The notes under the pieces are model-generated. The model had not been told where the DNA came from, did no database searches, and saw nothing but the letters and a program-made list of their open reading frames with translations. A stretch of 60,483 bases of DNA, counting the filler, from Sphacelaria rigidula (lineage: Eukaryota), in the NCBI GenBank assembly GCA_964200075.2. It is 10 parts of 10 records of this genome, joined end to end, with 100 filler letters (N's around TTAATTAATTAA, not from the genome) between each part and the next. Parts side by side here need not be neighbours in the genome. Positions count along the whole stretch, not along the records: positions 24,236 to 30,193 come from CAXNAA020023212.1; positions 30,294 to 36,251 come from CAXNAA020023213.1; positions 36,352 to 42,309 come from CAXNAA020023214.1; 7 more parts are not named here. One strand, 5' to 3'. The first letter of the stretch is position 1; the number at the start of each line of letters is the position of its first letter. Positions 24,917 through 37,881 of the stretch are shown here, one piece after another. Position numbers and translations under genes: made by a program.

Positions 24917-25254
24917 CGGTCGCCCCGGTGGCTCAGTGGGTATCCTCTATACCTTCTGGCGGTTGGGTCGTGGGTTCAAATCTTAGAGCGATCTGGGATT
25001 TTTTCTCACACCATGCCCAACAGTAGAGAGCGACTATATCGTGGGTACACAAAATTTGACTCAACGGTCGACGAGGGGAAGGGATTGCCGAATCCCTCTT
25101 TTGATAAAAAATAAAGACAAGCACCGCAGAAGGAAAGTGGAGTACTAAAAAAAAAAACTGTGTTGACCTTCCTCCTTTGTGACCCCGGCTGTTGCATTCA
25201 CATATACCGAAAGGTGTAGACCGGCGTCCATAATAGATGAGACGATAATACACA
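24917..25254 (+). mobile_element. tRNA-derived SINE, copy 1
   Basis: A box TGGCTCAGTGG, B box GGTTCAAATC; body (GTCGACGAGGG..TGTGTTGACCTTCCTC..GTGAC.CCGGC..CCGAAAGGTGTAGAC) shared with 29315 and 47663. Confidence 0.85.
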
Positions 25255-27665
25255 TTAATTCTTTTTTTCGAAACTCCACACGCCACACCACCTCGAGACT
25301 CTTCTGAAACAGCAACTTGCGCCCTCGACCACCGCTGCCCCGCGATATCTACGAATACCCGTGCAGCGTCTCCACCTTGCTTATCCACAACTTGCTTGTC
25401 GACTAACACACGCTACCGGGTGATCTCCGTTTTTCGAAGCCGTTGCATGCCTTGCGCTCTTTGCCTCTTCCTTTCCCGCGCTCCGAATTTCGTCACCTTC
25501 TACACCATCCTGTATTCATGTATCTAGACTTCGCCGGGTCGTGCATTCCGACGCGAACAACATCCATGACGCATGTGGTGATTATTTTGGTTCAAGTTTT
25601 ACAAGTGACGTTTTCCTGGACAAGATTTGGTTGTTTTTCTGCAACTGTTGAAGTATACTAATATGACAGATTCCGTGCACCGAACTCGAAGTGACGTATT
25701 CCCGGTGACTAAAGCTCGCATATGGAAATATGTACTGTTTTTCGCGAGCTCCAAAAGAGGTTAACAGTCTCGGATTTTCTTCTCCGTACGTCAAGAAGAA
25801 CGATCCCACAAACGGCTGGTGGACCAGTAGAATTTACCACTTGGGATGGCGGGAAATTTGTCGGAGAGTTCGACTAGATATTAGTGCGAACAGCGAAAAT
25901 CTGGATCTTTAATGGGGCTATTCTCCAAGCGTGCTCCTAGCTTGCGCAGAACGCGTTTTGGTCGAAATCGGCGCCTGGGGCGCCGATGTGAGGTCTGGCA
26001 ACGCATCCTGTGCCTGTGTAACACCCTCCACCCCCTCGCCCGAGGGTTCTCGGTGTGCCTTCGTGGGGGTTAGGGTTAAGGTTAGTGTTGGTGTTGTAGT
26101 TTGTTCGAAGTTATAAGTTTCTGAGAAGTTTCTCACCATCCCAAGTGGTGAACTGACTTCTGGTGGACAGGCACGAAATAGAATCGGTGGCACGTCATTT
26201 CGTGAGACCCTCCAAGTGCGGAGACGAGCGTGGGTCCTTGTCTGTCTTAGCATCAACGTCTTTGTCACCCAACGCACAGTGCGTGTACCGTTCAATAGTA
26301 CCCCTCGGAGGCATATCCCTACAAACTGACGAAAATATCTCATCTTCCCTCCCGCGACGGCAAGAGTTTCGGGCGTAAATATAAGTGTTTTACTCATTTC
26401 TATACACGTAGAGTTTATGATTTGTTCCTGCATGGTGTGCGGGCCGCTAATTGTGGTCTCCTGCCTCTAGGGCGGCTGCCCGCGGCCATCAGCAGAGCAG
26501 CAGGGCAGCGTGTGTGTCGTGTGCGGAGAGTGCCTCCTGAGTTTCTTCGCGAGCCGACCGGACCGATTTGGTCGATTTTTTCATCAGGAAGATCCGGGAC
26601 ACTTGAAAAAAAATGCCCTTACTGATAACCAACTGATTAGCATGGCTGAGCGTCTGCTACAGAACGTTTCATCATCCTCGTCCTAGTCGTCAATAACCCA
26701 CTCACCCCCACCAAGACCCGGTAGGCATCAATTGCAACCCTGCACATAGGCACATGGACGGCACGGGAGCACCGGCGGTCAGGGCATGGAAGCACCTCCA
26801 AGGGCTGGTGTTATTGTTTGACGACTGTCATGCCTCAATTTTGTGTTACAGACCGGTTGAAATCTCCCTCCAATTTGCTCACGAATATTGGGCATCATGC
26901 ACTGATACACCGTATATCAAGTGTATGTTGTATTCATGGGAAGAATGACCTAAAGCAAACTCCAGACATGATGGTACGGTGCTTCCATGTATTGTTTCGC
27001 ATACTGCATCGACTTTATCTGCTGCTGCAGTCTGCTGCGCTACGAGATACAGTTCTCACAGGAAGCAAACGCACTTTGTCTGACTCACAAGCATCACACC
27101 GAAGTCTGCGCAACATCTGCTATTGTTCACAGTATTATTTGATAGTCGAGTGGATGCCATTTTGATGTAGTCGTACCGACTGCTAACGCGTGCCCTCTGT
27201 TTGCTGTGCACACCTTCTCATAATAACTGAGAGGATAATCAGATACATCCCTTCTCTGTCCTGAACAAACAAACGAGCGATCTCTAGGTTCCGGTGTTTT
27301 TTCGGCACATTTAGCTTGACATCGCCAATTCTCAACCCCACCTCTCGATGCGACCCAAGCGAAGCTGCTCACTTCGGCCGTGAGGTTTCTCGGCAACTGC
27401 TTGGAGGTTTAGGGCGTTGCTTGATGCTCCATGTCCGCGTGAACATGCACCTGGGGACAGCTTCGCACGTGCTCTGTTCCCGCGGAGCAGGTTCGGGGCG
27501 CGGGGCATAATACTCTCTGAAAGGGAATCCATTTCTCCCAGATTGCCCTCAGAGAGATTCGGGCCGACGCCAGCGTTATCCCCCGAATATGGTGCTTCGT
27601 TGAAAAATCCCCCCTCACTAGACTGCGTTTGAATATCCTCGGCATCATGAGCACACAGTATCGCG

Positions 27666-28673
27666 TTGGATCAGCATTCTGGACGCTTGCAAGATGCTTT
27701 CCTCATCTTTGTCGATAATTCTCCGCTTGACATGTTTCCCTCAATCGCAACTCTTTATATCGTATACCGGTGGGCATACCTCAACCCAAGAGGCCACCTA
27801 GTCGTAACGCGTAGTGGTGTTGTCCAACCTGTATCACCGCCTGATCGGTACGTCTCGTTCCTTACACAGGATGTCATGGACGCCGAAGTGGACGCTGGCG
27901 TACGTGAATATGATGTAAATTTTGCGGAACATGCAAGTGGGCACGTGTCAGACGGTGACCTAGATGGATTGGAGCACCGTGCGCGGATGCTATTGGGCGA
28001 AACTGCGCCGCCCGATCGCCATTATACACCCAATATCGCAGGGCGACTGCATTCGATCTGTGATTTGGAGGAATCTTGTGTTCGTTGCCAGCAACAACAG
28101 CCGGACTACCCTACCTGGAACACCGAACTCTACCGGTATCATGCATCACCTACTGTTGCGGGTGGCAGCAGAACGTGCTCTGGGATGGCGGTGCCAATGT
28201 TTGCCAGGCATGGCAGTCGGCCGCGCAATACCATGGACACGCTATCAACAGGTGGGCAACTTGATGCGAAGTGTTCGCTTGCATGCGAGCAGGAGACGAC
28301 CTGGCCAGCCGCACTAGCAACATTGCTCGCACAAACAGATAGCTCAAGTGGGTTTGCTGAACGCGTCAGAAATCCGGGGGCAAGTGCTTCACCTCTGGCG
28401 CTCCAAAAGTCGGAGCCCTGTCAGCTGGCGCAGAGTTTTGGTTGCAGTATTTCTGCGAAGAGTGCTTTAGCTGGTGATGCACCGCTGAGAGCCATACGCG
28501 AAGCGCGTTCACTCGAAGGTGTACCTGCTCATACTCATGGAGTGGAATGGGTCAAATCGTTGAAGGAGTTCGTCGACGTAGAGTTCGTCGAAGATCCGGT
28601 AGTTCAAGCGCTTTTTCAGCGGGCAGATGATATTAACGTGGAGCTCATGAAACGTTGCCCGACACACGTTTGA
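27666..28673 (+). other. Intronless 335-codon open frame inside a longer decayed coding-like tract (~27200-29300); product not recognised
   Basis: Longest ORF in the window that is not low-complexity; no splice signals identified; flanking frames look coding but carry stops. Confidence 0.3.
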
Positions 28674-29314
28674 TGGAGGCTCAATGCGTGACCCAGATTG
28701 TTGGCGTATTGATAGACCCGGGTTCCACAACATCAAATGTAGGACACTGAAGTGTCCAGAGATGCGCGGGAAACGTGTACGCAATATTCTGTGCGCAATG
28801 TCCCCGGAATATATTTCTACAGGAACACGGTATGAAAACAAATAGTAATGCTGATGTATGCACCGCTGAGATATCTTGTGCAACTCATCCGGCCAGAATG
28901 TAACACGGGATTTTACAAATTGGGTGTGAGTCGTTTTCCACCTATGGCAATAGATGCCAGCAGGCTGCATGGGACACACCCGCGTACACCCGACGATAAG
29001 TGCATCACGGCTGAGAACCGTGCCTAAGTAAGTGACACGTCGAGAAGTGAAGGAAAAAGTGGCCACATTGGACAACGCTCTCGTCCACTCAGAGGCCAAC
29101 GCATTTTACCATCCATCAACATGCACGGAAGTACTCCTACCATGTTGTGATGGCGATAGCTCACACAAAACAAGTCGCTGGTTTGATGGGGCAAAGTCTA
29201 CATCCGAATCGAATGACAAAAGCCGAAAACACCGAGCTACTGGGGACTCCCACGCTTATGATCATTTTCGACACTGTCCCCCATACGAGGCGTTTTATAC
29301 TGTATGGCTATTTT

Positions 29315-29700
29315 GCCGGTCACCCTGGTGGCTCAGTTGGTAACCTCGGAACCGCCTGACGGTTGACACGTGGATTCAAATCTCGGGGGAAATCACACGA
29401 TCTGGGATGTTTCGAACTTTTCACCCAACAACGGAGAGCGACAATGTATTAAATACACAAAGTTCGGCTTTGCGGTCGACGAGGGAACGGACCAGTGAAC
29501 CCTCCTTGCCCTGACAAGTAAAGTGAGCGTCGCAGGAAGAAGGTAGAGTGATGGAGGAAAAGAAATTGTGTTGACCTTCCTCTGGTGTGACTCCGGCCGA
29601 TGCGCCCACATAATATGCCGAAAGGTGTAGACATAGCGTCCGGAACAAATACGATGGCGCATGTGCACACACACACACACGCGCGCACGCACGTACAACA
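29315..29700 (+). mobile_element. tRNA-derived SINE, copy 2, with (CA)n tail
   Basis: GCCGGTCACCCTGGTGGCTCAGTTGGTAACCTCG...GGATTCAAATCTC; same body as copy 1; ends in CACACACACAC. Confidence 0.85.
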
Positions 29701-30599
29701 CGCACATGGTTATTTTTTCTGTGACAGTTTTGGCGATGGTTTGGGAGCGAAAGGTACTGCGGCACCAGCCCACACCCCAACCTCGTTCCACCGCCAATCG
29801 GCACAGAACCAACGCTGACTCAGTAATACTCCAATACACCCGGCGGCCAAGACCGGATATCCAATATCTCGGATACTAGCACCAACCTACGGTCCTGGAA
29901 AGGACATGCGGGCGCCTCTCAACCTCATGATACCAGCCCACCCAGATGAGCCTCTTACAGCAGTTGCGATGATATTCTCGGGATCTGACGACAATTTCAA
30001 TCTTTTTCTCACTACTAGTAAATCCGTGAACGACTCAAAAACAAAAAAGACGGGAGAGACAAGTGCGGCCTTATTCCTACACCTTAATCGGAGAAGCACA
30101 AGCTGCTTCTGCGCGCAAGCGAAGGCTAAGAGAGTGATGCTACGGTAGGGGTACAAAAATAATTTCTGAGGTTAGAATTGTTAGGAGCCCCTTNNNNNNN
30201 NNNNNNNNNNNNNNNNNNNNNNNNNNNNNNNNNNNNNTTAATTAATTAANNNNNNNNNNNNNNNNNNNNNNNNNNNNNNNNNNNNNNNNNNNNGGGTCGT
30301 CGGGTAGGGTACGATTGCGCAAGAGTGTGCGTGAAACGTACTCTCTCTGGGGCCAAGATTTGTACAATTCTGTAACCTTTTCAGCAGCCGTCCCCCTAGG
30401 TTCTCGAATCCTGTGAAACTGTAGATATAATCATGGCGAAAATAAAATAGACAAGGCATGCCGAGTAAATATATACTAATGAGGTATGTTGTACTAAATA
30501 TACCGAGACAAAGCACAGAAATGACAAGAATCATGCCCTCACACGCATGAGTTGTACATTGATGCTCATTGGGCGAGAGTCTAGTTCGTATGCCATATC

Positions 30600-31290
30600 C
30601 TAGCTGAGCCACCATGAGACGACCGAATTGTGGTGGTGAAGTCTTGCTGCAGTTGTACGGCACAAGAGTTTGACAGCAAAAGGAGAGCGCGCGTTCACCT
30701 ACATCGTGCAGCAATACTGTTGGCTTTCCTACTTATTTAGAATATCGGTCAGTAGGGCGACTAGAATGCTACGCTCCTGGACAAACTGTCCAAGGTACCC
30801 GGTGGCTTTTAGAAACGAATGTAGTTTTTCGATTGTATGGACGTGACATCTGAGCAATTGCGTTGCATTTGGAGGGGGCTGGTGGTATGCCGGTATTATC
30901 GATCAACAGGCTAAGGAACCTGTGAGACCCTGCAGTGAAGATATGTTTGGCGAACTTGGCGAATTTCACTGAACATAAAATCGTGTAGTCGACAAACTTT
31001 GCCGGGGAAAGTTGGATGAGCAACACCTCGGTCAAGAAGCTTGTGCATTTCTTTTCTGATCATGCGGCGTTCTCATGGTGGGAAGCCGCGTTGTTTTGTG
31101 GCAAAGGGTGTGCACGCGAGACAACAACCAGCAAAAAAGATGGAACTCGTGCTTCGCCCCCCCCGAGGGGGTTCAGCGACCACATCGGCGGAATGAGTGT
31201 CTGAAACCATATGTAGGGTTTGTAGGAAATGTCAAAGACACGGTATGTAGTCGCGCAGTCACCTTGCATGGTACGCTAGACATGAAGGGC
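30600..31290 (-). pseudogene. Heavily deleted Ty3/Gypsy reverse-transcriptase relic
   Basis: Across frames: IRKEMHKLLDRGV (RT start), FLSLLIDNTGIPPAPSKCNAIAQMSRP, IEKLHSFLKATGYLGQFV..SILVALLTDIL (thumb/connection). Confidence 0.7.
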
Positions 31291-31374
31291 AAAAAGATAA
31301 AGCAGGGCGACTAAGTCTGCGTACTGCATAAGTAATGACAAGACATTGCACGAAAAGATGACCAAAATGCTATG

Positions 31375-31475
31375 AAAAGGTACCCGGGATTAGCTAAACC
31401 AAACCAAACCAAATTACGGACACTCCATTAAAAGGTACCCGGTATTAGCTATACCAAACCAAATTGCAGACACTT
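31375..31475 (+). repeat. Direct repeat of about 50 bp, two copies
   Basis: AAAAGGTACCCGG..TTAGCTA.ACCAAACCAAA...TT.C.GACACT at ~31375 and ~31430. Confidence 0.75.
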
Positions 31476-32399
31476 CACGCGGGAACATACCGTCATTGTC
31501 AAACCGTTCAGTGTTTCCTGCGTGTTCCCCCCACCGCAATGACGTTTAGCACCGGTTCCTTCATCGGGATGCGACACACCCAGGACAAGAGTGTGGGTGA
31601 AACAAGGGCGGAAGTAATAGAGGGCGGGGTTAGTATACGTTGGAAGTCTTGGGGTACATGTAAATATGGCTCGGTTTTATACCACGTGACGCAGCTCGAA
31701 ATGTCGTGTGCCGGGCGATAAATTCGGCGTTTCGGCCTTGCGAACCAGATGGATGAAACGATTACCAGCGGAATCTTGCTCAAGCATGATGAGTACAGGC
31801 GGCGCAATAGACAAGGCCCTGCAGGTAGCCTACACCCGCACGGTCAAAGAAAAACATCGCGAGCGCCAAACACAATACAAAAGTACCAGAACATGTAATG
31901 AAAAATAGTGCAGCTCGAAAGAGCAAGACGATGGTGGCGCAAAATTACAAAGCACTCAAAATACAATCGAGGGGCTCAAAAGACAGTTATGGTGAACGCG
32001 ACACCCGGAGATGCAGACACTATGAGAATGTAAGATGAAAGAAAAGCAAACAAGATCGACATAAAATGGAAGCTTTACTACATGTGCACTCCACAAATCC
32101 GCATGGCCAATGAAAATGCAACCCCGGAAACAAAGTACATACTGATCATGGTGGCTTGTTCTGCAATAAAACTACCGGGATAATGTAGAGAATGTCTAGA
32201 ACACGATCATTGCTGGTAAGGTACAGCGATGATGTTATGGCTGACCAGGTGTAGATCAGGCGGAGGTGATACAATGCACACGACAAATGACAAAACAAAA
32301 CATCTGTGCGATCAGATCGAAGCAAGGTTCATAAGGAACATGAGGGCGGAAAATGCACGTGCACATGACAACATGCAATGTGATGGCGAGCAAAAGAAC

Positions 32400-32482
32400 T
32401 ACAGCCGACAGTAGGCGGTAAAGGCAAAAACACAACAAGCGGGACAAAAACAGCCAACGAGGGTAGCAGAAAGCACGGTGGA

Positions 32483-32519
<37 letters not shown>

Positions 32520-33690
32520 ACATACAACAACAACCACAACAGAAAACAGAAAACAGCAACAACAACAACAACAACAACAGTAGTGATAGGCAACAGCGAC
32601 AACAGACAGCAGACAACAGCAGCAGCAGCAGCAACAACATACACCAACAACACGGCTGCACAGCTTCCGCAGCTGTCTGGAGCCTGATGTCCCGAAACGC
32701 CCCGACGTAATTGTGTTGTCGAGAAGGATCGGTCCTCAAAGGTTGGTCCTCAAAGAATTGTCGTCAATCAAAGCAACCGCAGTAATGAACAGTACGGGCA
32801 GCAGCGGGTTCAAAACGAATTTCTATATTACCGACCACCCCGTACATACAATTAGTAACATGCGTGATACCGACCAAAAGGGATGATGGTGACGCGATGC
32901 AGGGAAAGCCACTTGAGTGTGCGGGTAGGCCACAACGGCGAACAACGTCTCATCACCACGAAGAGGTGCATTTCAGGGGAACAGATGCGTGGGGACCTAG
33001 GTGTAACAATTGAGGCACATATGGTGATGACAATCGTTTATCGGTAAAAGCTCATGCGGTCAAAGTGGGGCACAGTACAAGCAGCAGAGTCGGAAACTAC
33101 GCGAGTGGGCAACTAGCGTGACTTTATATGTAGGTGTAAGAGGCATTACGCGCACATGAGGGCTAAACAGGCAGTGCGATAGCCAGCAGGGTACAACTAC
33201 CCATGGGCGATAAAGACAAAAATCGCAACGCCTCAGGCGGGACAGTAACCGCAGAGCAGCGAAAAAAAATCGGGACAGTAGCCGCCGAGCAGCAGAACAA
33301 AATTGCATTGTTCTCTAGGCGAAACAATAACCACACAGCAGGGTAACTGGCAGCACAGCGGAAAGAGCCGCAGCAACTGCAACATGAAAATTTATAGTAG
33401 CCACAAAAGCGACAGCAACACAGCAAAGCAGCAGCGACCGCAGCGACCGTAACAACAGCAGACGATAACAGGCAGAAGCAACGCCACCACCACCACCACC
33501 AACAACAACAACAACGGCCGATAACAAGAGCGACAGACGATAGCAGCAGCACAATAACAAAAACAAAGGACAACAACGAACCGCAGCAACCAAACAACGA
33601 ACAGCCACAACAACGCACAACATCAACGCGGCTGTACAGCTTCCGGAGCTGTCTGGAACTTGATGTCCCAAAACACCCCGACGTAGTTGT
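32400..33690 (+). repeat. Two copies of a unit made of a (CAG)/(CAA)-rich tract plus a conserved tail of about 60 bp
   Basis: CGGCTG(C/T)ACAGCTTCCG.AGCTGTCTGGA.C.TGATGTCCC.AAAC.CCCCGACGTA.TTGT at ~32653-32713 and ~33629-33690, each preceded by CAG/CAA repeats. Confidence 0.85.
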
Positions 33691-35339
33691 AGGCCCTCTG
33701 GTTCGTTGACTCGTGCAATCTCGTTCGACCTTTATGCCTTTTATCAATTGTTTTGGCTAGGTTATTTCACTTTTGCTTTGGACGTCTGCAGAGGCGTGCT
33801 GATCAACCATACTTGATGATCTCGTGCATAAAGCAGTTGGTGGCGCTCTGCTTGGGTTGTATGTAACGCAGTGCAATGCGGCGGGCAACAACGCAATACC
33901 ACGAACAGACAGGACGACAAAGCCTACCTAGTCCACGCTTATTCTTCACTGTTCCGCGTAATTGTAGTACAAGCATATCCTGGTGCAGTTATTTTTGCTA
34001 TTGAAAACAATGAGGGCATACAACTGTGAAGCAGCGCGGTTGTGTTGTTTCGTACTCGTGGAAAGAAGGGCGTCCGTTGCGGTGTGGATTTTCTCCCACT
34101 TGTGAAGGCACACTATTTACCATATATAAGTCTAGTGACGCGACAAAATGAAATCTCAAGCCTCCCCACAAAAAACAATTACGGAGGCGCATGCTACGTC
34201 TTTGGGGATCATGCCGGAGTTGACTCTACAAAAGCACGGATGGACACCGTGTCATGGTTCGGTACTTACCACCTAGGTGGGAGTGGTGCCAGTTCAGTGA
34301 GCACCAGGCTAGCGGGCCCAAACACAATCATGAGTATGGAAGCCATTGAGTTCGATTTACCATGTGGGGAGTCAACCCACACACCAATGACCAGGTGCCA
34401 TGCCCATGGTTCACGCCGGAGACAAGACCCATGTGTTGCATGCAATGCGGGCTTACATTTGTGAAGACCAAAGATTCCTCTGAGATAGCAGTCCGTGATA
34501 GTGTTGATGCTTCTTGTATTATTGGCAACCGGCTGGTAGCTGCTAATCGCGCGTTGAGATAAGTTCCCAAAAGACTGTGCCCGAGTAGGGGGCACTGTCG
34601 AAATCAATCAGACTCAGAATGGCCCATGACCTGTCGGGCTAGACAACGCAAGAGCATGACACATGGAATCTACTCGGCTGGACCATAACCGATGAATCCG
34701 GAACATCCCCCCAGCCGTTTAATAAGGCTAAGCGAAAGAAATGTGGGAAACGAAGCCTGTGCATCAACACCTGAAATAAGGAAACGAGAAAAACCTGCCA
34801 CTAATGTTGCAGGGGAAAACTCGGTATCTAATAGATAGGGAAACCCTATCCGTTAGGAAAGGAAAAAAATCTCTAGCGCCTTTTCCAATCGACAGAAACC
34901 GTAGACAAGTGCGATCGCTGTCGTTTTTCCCGGATCTCAGTTAGACTGGAGAACGATTAGCTAATTAGCTTCATCGCGTGTCGACACCTTAGATCAGTTG
35001 CACTGAATTCCTGGGTAGTGCGGGGCTTTAACCACATCCAACTCAAGTTGGATTCGCTAAAAACAACCTTTCGACGAACTTATCAATAGTTACAGGAGTG
35101 CAGCTTTTGGGAAGTGCTTTCCTGTAACTACTGATGTTCATGCTACGAAAAATAGAGCCCATGCGCCTTGACTCATATATGTATTGGCATGTTACAAAAT
35201 GGGAACCAGACAAGGCCAAGGAACGACAAAAAAAAAATAGAAACAAGAACAGGCACAATCGCAATTCACACTGAAGAGTACGGTACCAACACTTCTTCTT
35301 GCTTATTTTACAACCTCCTCCTCTGTGCAATGATATCCT

Positions 35340-35383
35340 GTACCATTTCATATACCGACTATTCCTAGACATTCCCACTCCAG
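35340..35383 (-). promoter_or_regulatory. Probable polypurine tract and start of the 3' LTR (TG at 35371-35370); LTR far end not located
   Basis: Minus strand ...TAG ACT GGAGTGGGAA|TGTCTAGGAATAG directly after the integrase stop. Confidence 0.55.
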
Positions 35384-35384
35384 T

Positions 35385-36251
35385 CTAAAGTCGGGGCCCT
35401 TTTTCCCGCGTTAAGCGGTCTACTTCCTGGCGGGATAGCTCCTCCCAGTCTCCGTCTTCGTATCGTACTCGCCAAAAGCGACTCCCGTAGTCATATACCT
35501 GACCCTTGACCTTAAGACCTCGAAAGTCTTTCCAGAAAGTAACACCTATTGGGAAAAGCTTGAAGGCATCACTGCGCTACAGGGGAACGGGGTGCTTCTT
35601 GGAGTGCGGGGGCGGATTGGGTGCAACTGCGGGGTTGTACAGGTGCCAAAGTGCGTGGAAAGCGTCTAGTTCCAAATAGGAAAATCTGTTTCGGAGCTGG
35701 CTCTCTGGCAACCAGTCTGACATCTTCCCCTCCAACGACCTGGCCTTGTATTCCCATTGTTTCGTGCCGGTCGTAGAGTAGATCTCTCGGCGGTCCACCA
35801 AAGTGACGAACTCGTGAGTTTGGGGAGGAGCGGTGTTGGATTTGCAATCTGAACCCCATACGTATTGAGCGAACTCGTCGGCTATCGAGTGCCTGAGATG
35901 CGGTGGGCGAACATGGAAGGGTTTCACGTCAGAGACTGCTACTCTACGTGTACGACGTTTGCGCCCCTGCATGACTACCTCTACACTGAGGCCGGTCATC
36001 AGCACTTCCTTCACTCTCCAGGGCCGCGTGTACCTTTCGTGTTGCAGTTTTCTACCCTTACCGTCCCGATGTATCTTGCTGTCCGATTCGCGTACCATGA
36101 CCAGATCCCCTTCTTTCGCCGCCTCTCCGGGAGAAGGTCTCAAGATTGAGGCGTTCATCTTCGCACGAGTCAATGCTTTCGCGGCGTGTCTTTTGTCAAG
36201 AGCTAGACGTACCTCCTTGAGGTTTTGTCTACGTTGCTCCACGAAGGCATC
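35385..36251 (-). pseudogene. Ty3/Gypsy integrase C-terminus: GPY/F-SH3 module, chromodomain and in-frame Tudor-like domain, with one internal TAG at 35577-35579
   Basis: GDLVMVR..KLQHERYTRPWRV..VAVSDVKPFH (GPY/F); LVDRRE..KQWEYKAR..GKMSDWLPESQL (chromo); the same frame after TAG reads RSDAFKLFPIGVTFWKDFRGLKVKGQVYDYGSRFWRVRYEDGDWEELSRQEVDRLTREKGPRL*. Confidence 0.85.
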
Positions 36252-37024
36252 NNNNNNNNNNNNNNNNNNNNNNNNNNNNNNNNNNNNNNNNNNNNTTAAT
36301 TAATTAANNNNNNNNNNNNNNNNNNNNNNNNNNNNNNNNNNNNNNNNNNNNCTTGTGTTTTTTGTTGTTGGTTCTTGTTGGTTGGTTGTGCGGTGGGGGG
36401 TGTGGGGGGGCGGGGGGGGGGGGGGGGGGGGTCGATACATCAGTCCACCGTTGAAGCTTTGACAACATTTGCCCGGCCAGTAAATAAAGAACCGAGATTG
36501 AAACAATACCTGCATGATGTGACATTTTTCATTTCATGCTTTTTGGACGTTTGCCGCGAGTTTGGTAATGCAATTGCCGTTTTTACACCTCCGCTCAAAA
36601 CAGCGAATCAATTTGTATAACCAGCGTGCCGAACGTCTGATGACCTAACTACTATGTTTTGAAGCCGGCTAGTGTACTACCGTGCGAATAGAACCTCAGC
36701 TGCTGATTGGTTCGTAATGAATTGCATCTCGTGGTGTGCCGTTATCGACACATCACTCTCAGGTTTTGATTGTTCGAGTTGTACGCGCTGAGTCGGCAAT
36801 CTGCTCTTACTCATATTCCAAATCGTGCAACTATGTTGAAGCTCTCCCTGTCTCCGCACAGATGACCCCTCCATGCACCCAAGCTAAGTTCAAGAGTGTG
36901 GAAAATTTCGAACAGTTCACAGACCTGAGCAAGGAAACATGATCAATCATGATCGTTAAACGAGAACATGGTTTCTCATGCTTGTGTGACTCCCGTTCAC
37001 CCGAGCAGTGAAGTCTATTCTCAC

Positions 37025-37186
37025 CACGTGGAAGTGTATTCTGTCTCCGTAGGCCCCCTCAAGTGCCCGTTTCTGCAGGACCGGCACGACGGGGTTGACT
37101 TCGTCTTCACTGTCGAAGGCGGTCACCACGTCCACCCGATTCCAATCCTTGTCGGCAATAGCTAGCTCGTAGTATTTCAGCGGCGG
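37025..37186 (-). CDS. GT11/fucosyltransferase-like gene, exon D (162 bp, phase 0/0)
   Basis: CTGCAG|CCG...CACGTG|GTGAGA; PPLKYYELAIADKDWNRVDVVTAFDSEDEVNPVVPVLQ... continues the YGQ of exon C. Confidence 0.85.
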
Positions 37187-37209
37187 CTGCAGATATGGGA
37201 AAATGTCGA

Positions 37210-37210
<1 letters not shown>

Positions 37211-37276
<66 letters not shown>
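37211..37276. repeat. (GTT)22 microsatellite, intronic
   Basis: Perfect 66-bp trinucleotide run 24 bp upstream of exon D. Confidence 0.97.
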
Positions 37277-37881
37277 CATGATGACCATGTTATTGTGGTC
37301 GTGCTAGTGAAGCATAAATATATATATAAAGGTTATTGCAGTAATGATCGAAGGGACTAGGCCGAGCGGGAGAGAGATGAACAGTTTTTTCCTCAACTGG
37401 AGCGTCTCGACTCAGGCATACTGGCGGCTCAAGCCAGAAAACAACCGGGCGGTGGCTCCTGTAATCTCAGTAGAAGACGATACGTGGGTGGTTACCTCGG
37501 GATGGATATCGTCAACACAAATACATATACTGCATGGTGACTTACAGGGGATTATTCCACATCTCAAGAATACTGTTTTCAGGATGCATTTGGCTTTGGT
37601 CGTGTGATATATCGCCGCATGTATGTTGGCGTTTGAACACAAATAACAAGAGAACATAGAGGTGTCCGTATTTTGGACGTTCGAAACAGTGTAAGGAAGT
37701 ACTGTATAACTGCACCGGCAAATGCAATAACATCTGGTCGATGTCTGTTTTTCCCGAACGTAAGACGACGGTGACTTGGCTACAGGCACAAGCGTCAGAT
37801 ATGGTGAAATCGATTAACAACAGCGAAACATACATTTTCTCCTCTTTTTGTCGTATTTTCACTTTTTCCTCTTCCTCAAGG

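Noticed and set aside
26064..26092. Telomere (GGGTTAGGGTTAAGGTTAG)
   Set aside because: Only about 3 degenerate units, internal to a contig; at most an interstitial motif within a repeat. Possible TIRs at ~25915 and ~26618 are too weak to call.
32256..33747. Poly-Cys/Leu/Ala/Val ORFs
   Set aside because: Translations of CAG/CAA microsatellites.
36352..36950. Downstream exons of the GT11-like gene
   Set aside because: Candidate acceptors near 36925 and 36509 do not give the expected C-terminal D...L.....V...STF motif; the gene probably continues beyond the contig.
36956..37288. Poly-Asn protein
   Set aside because: The (AAC)22 run lies upstream of a clear acceptor at 37186 and is intronic.
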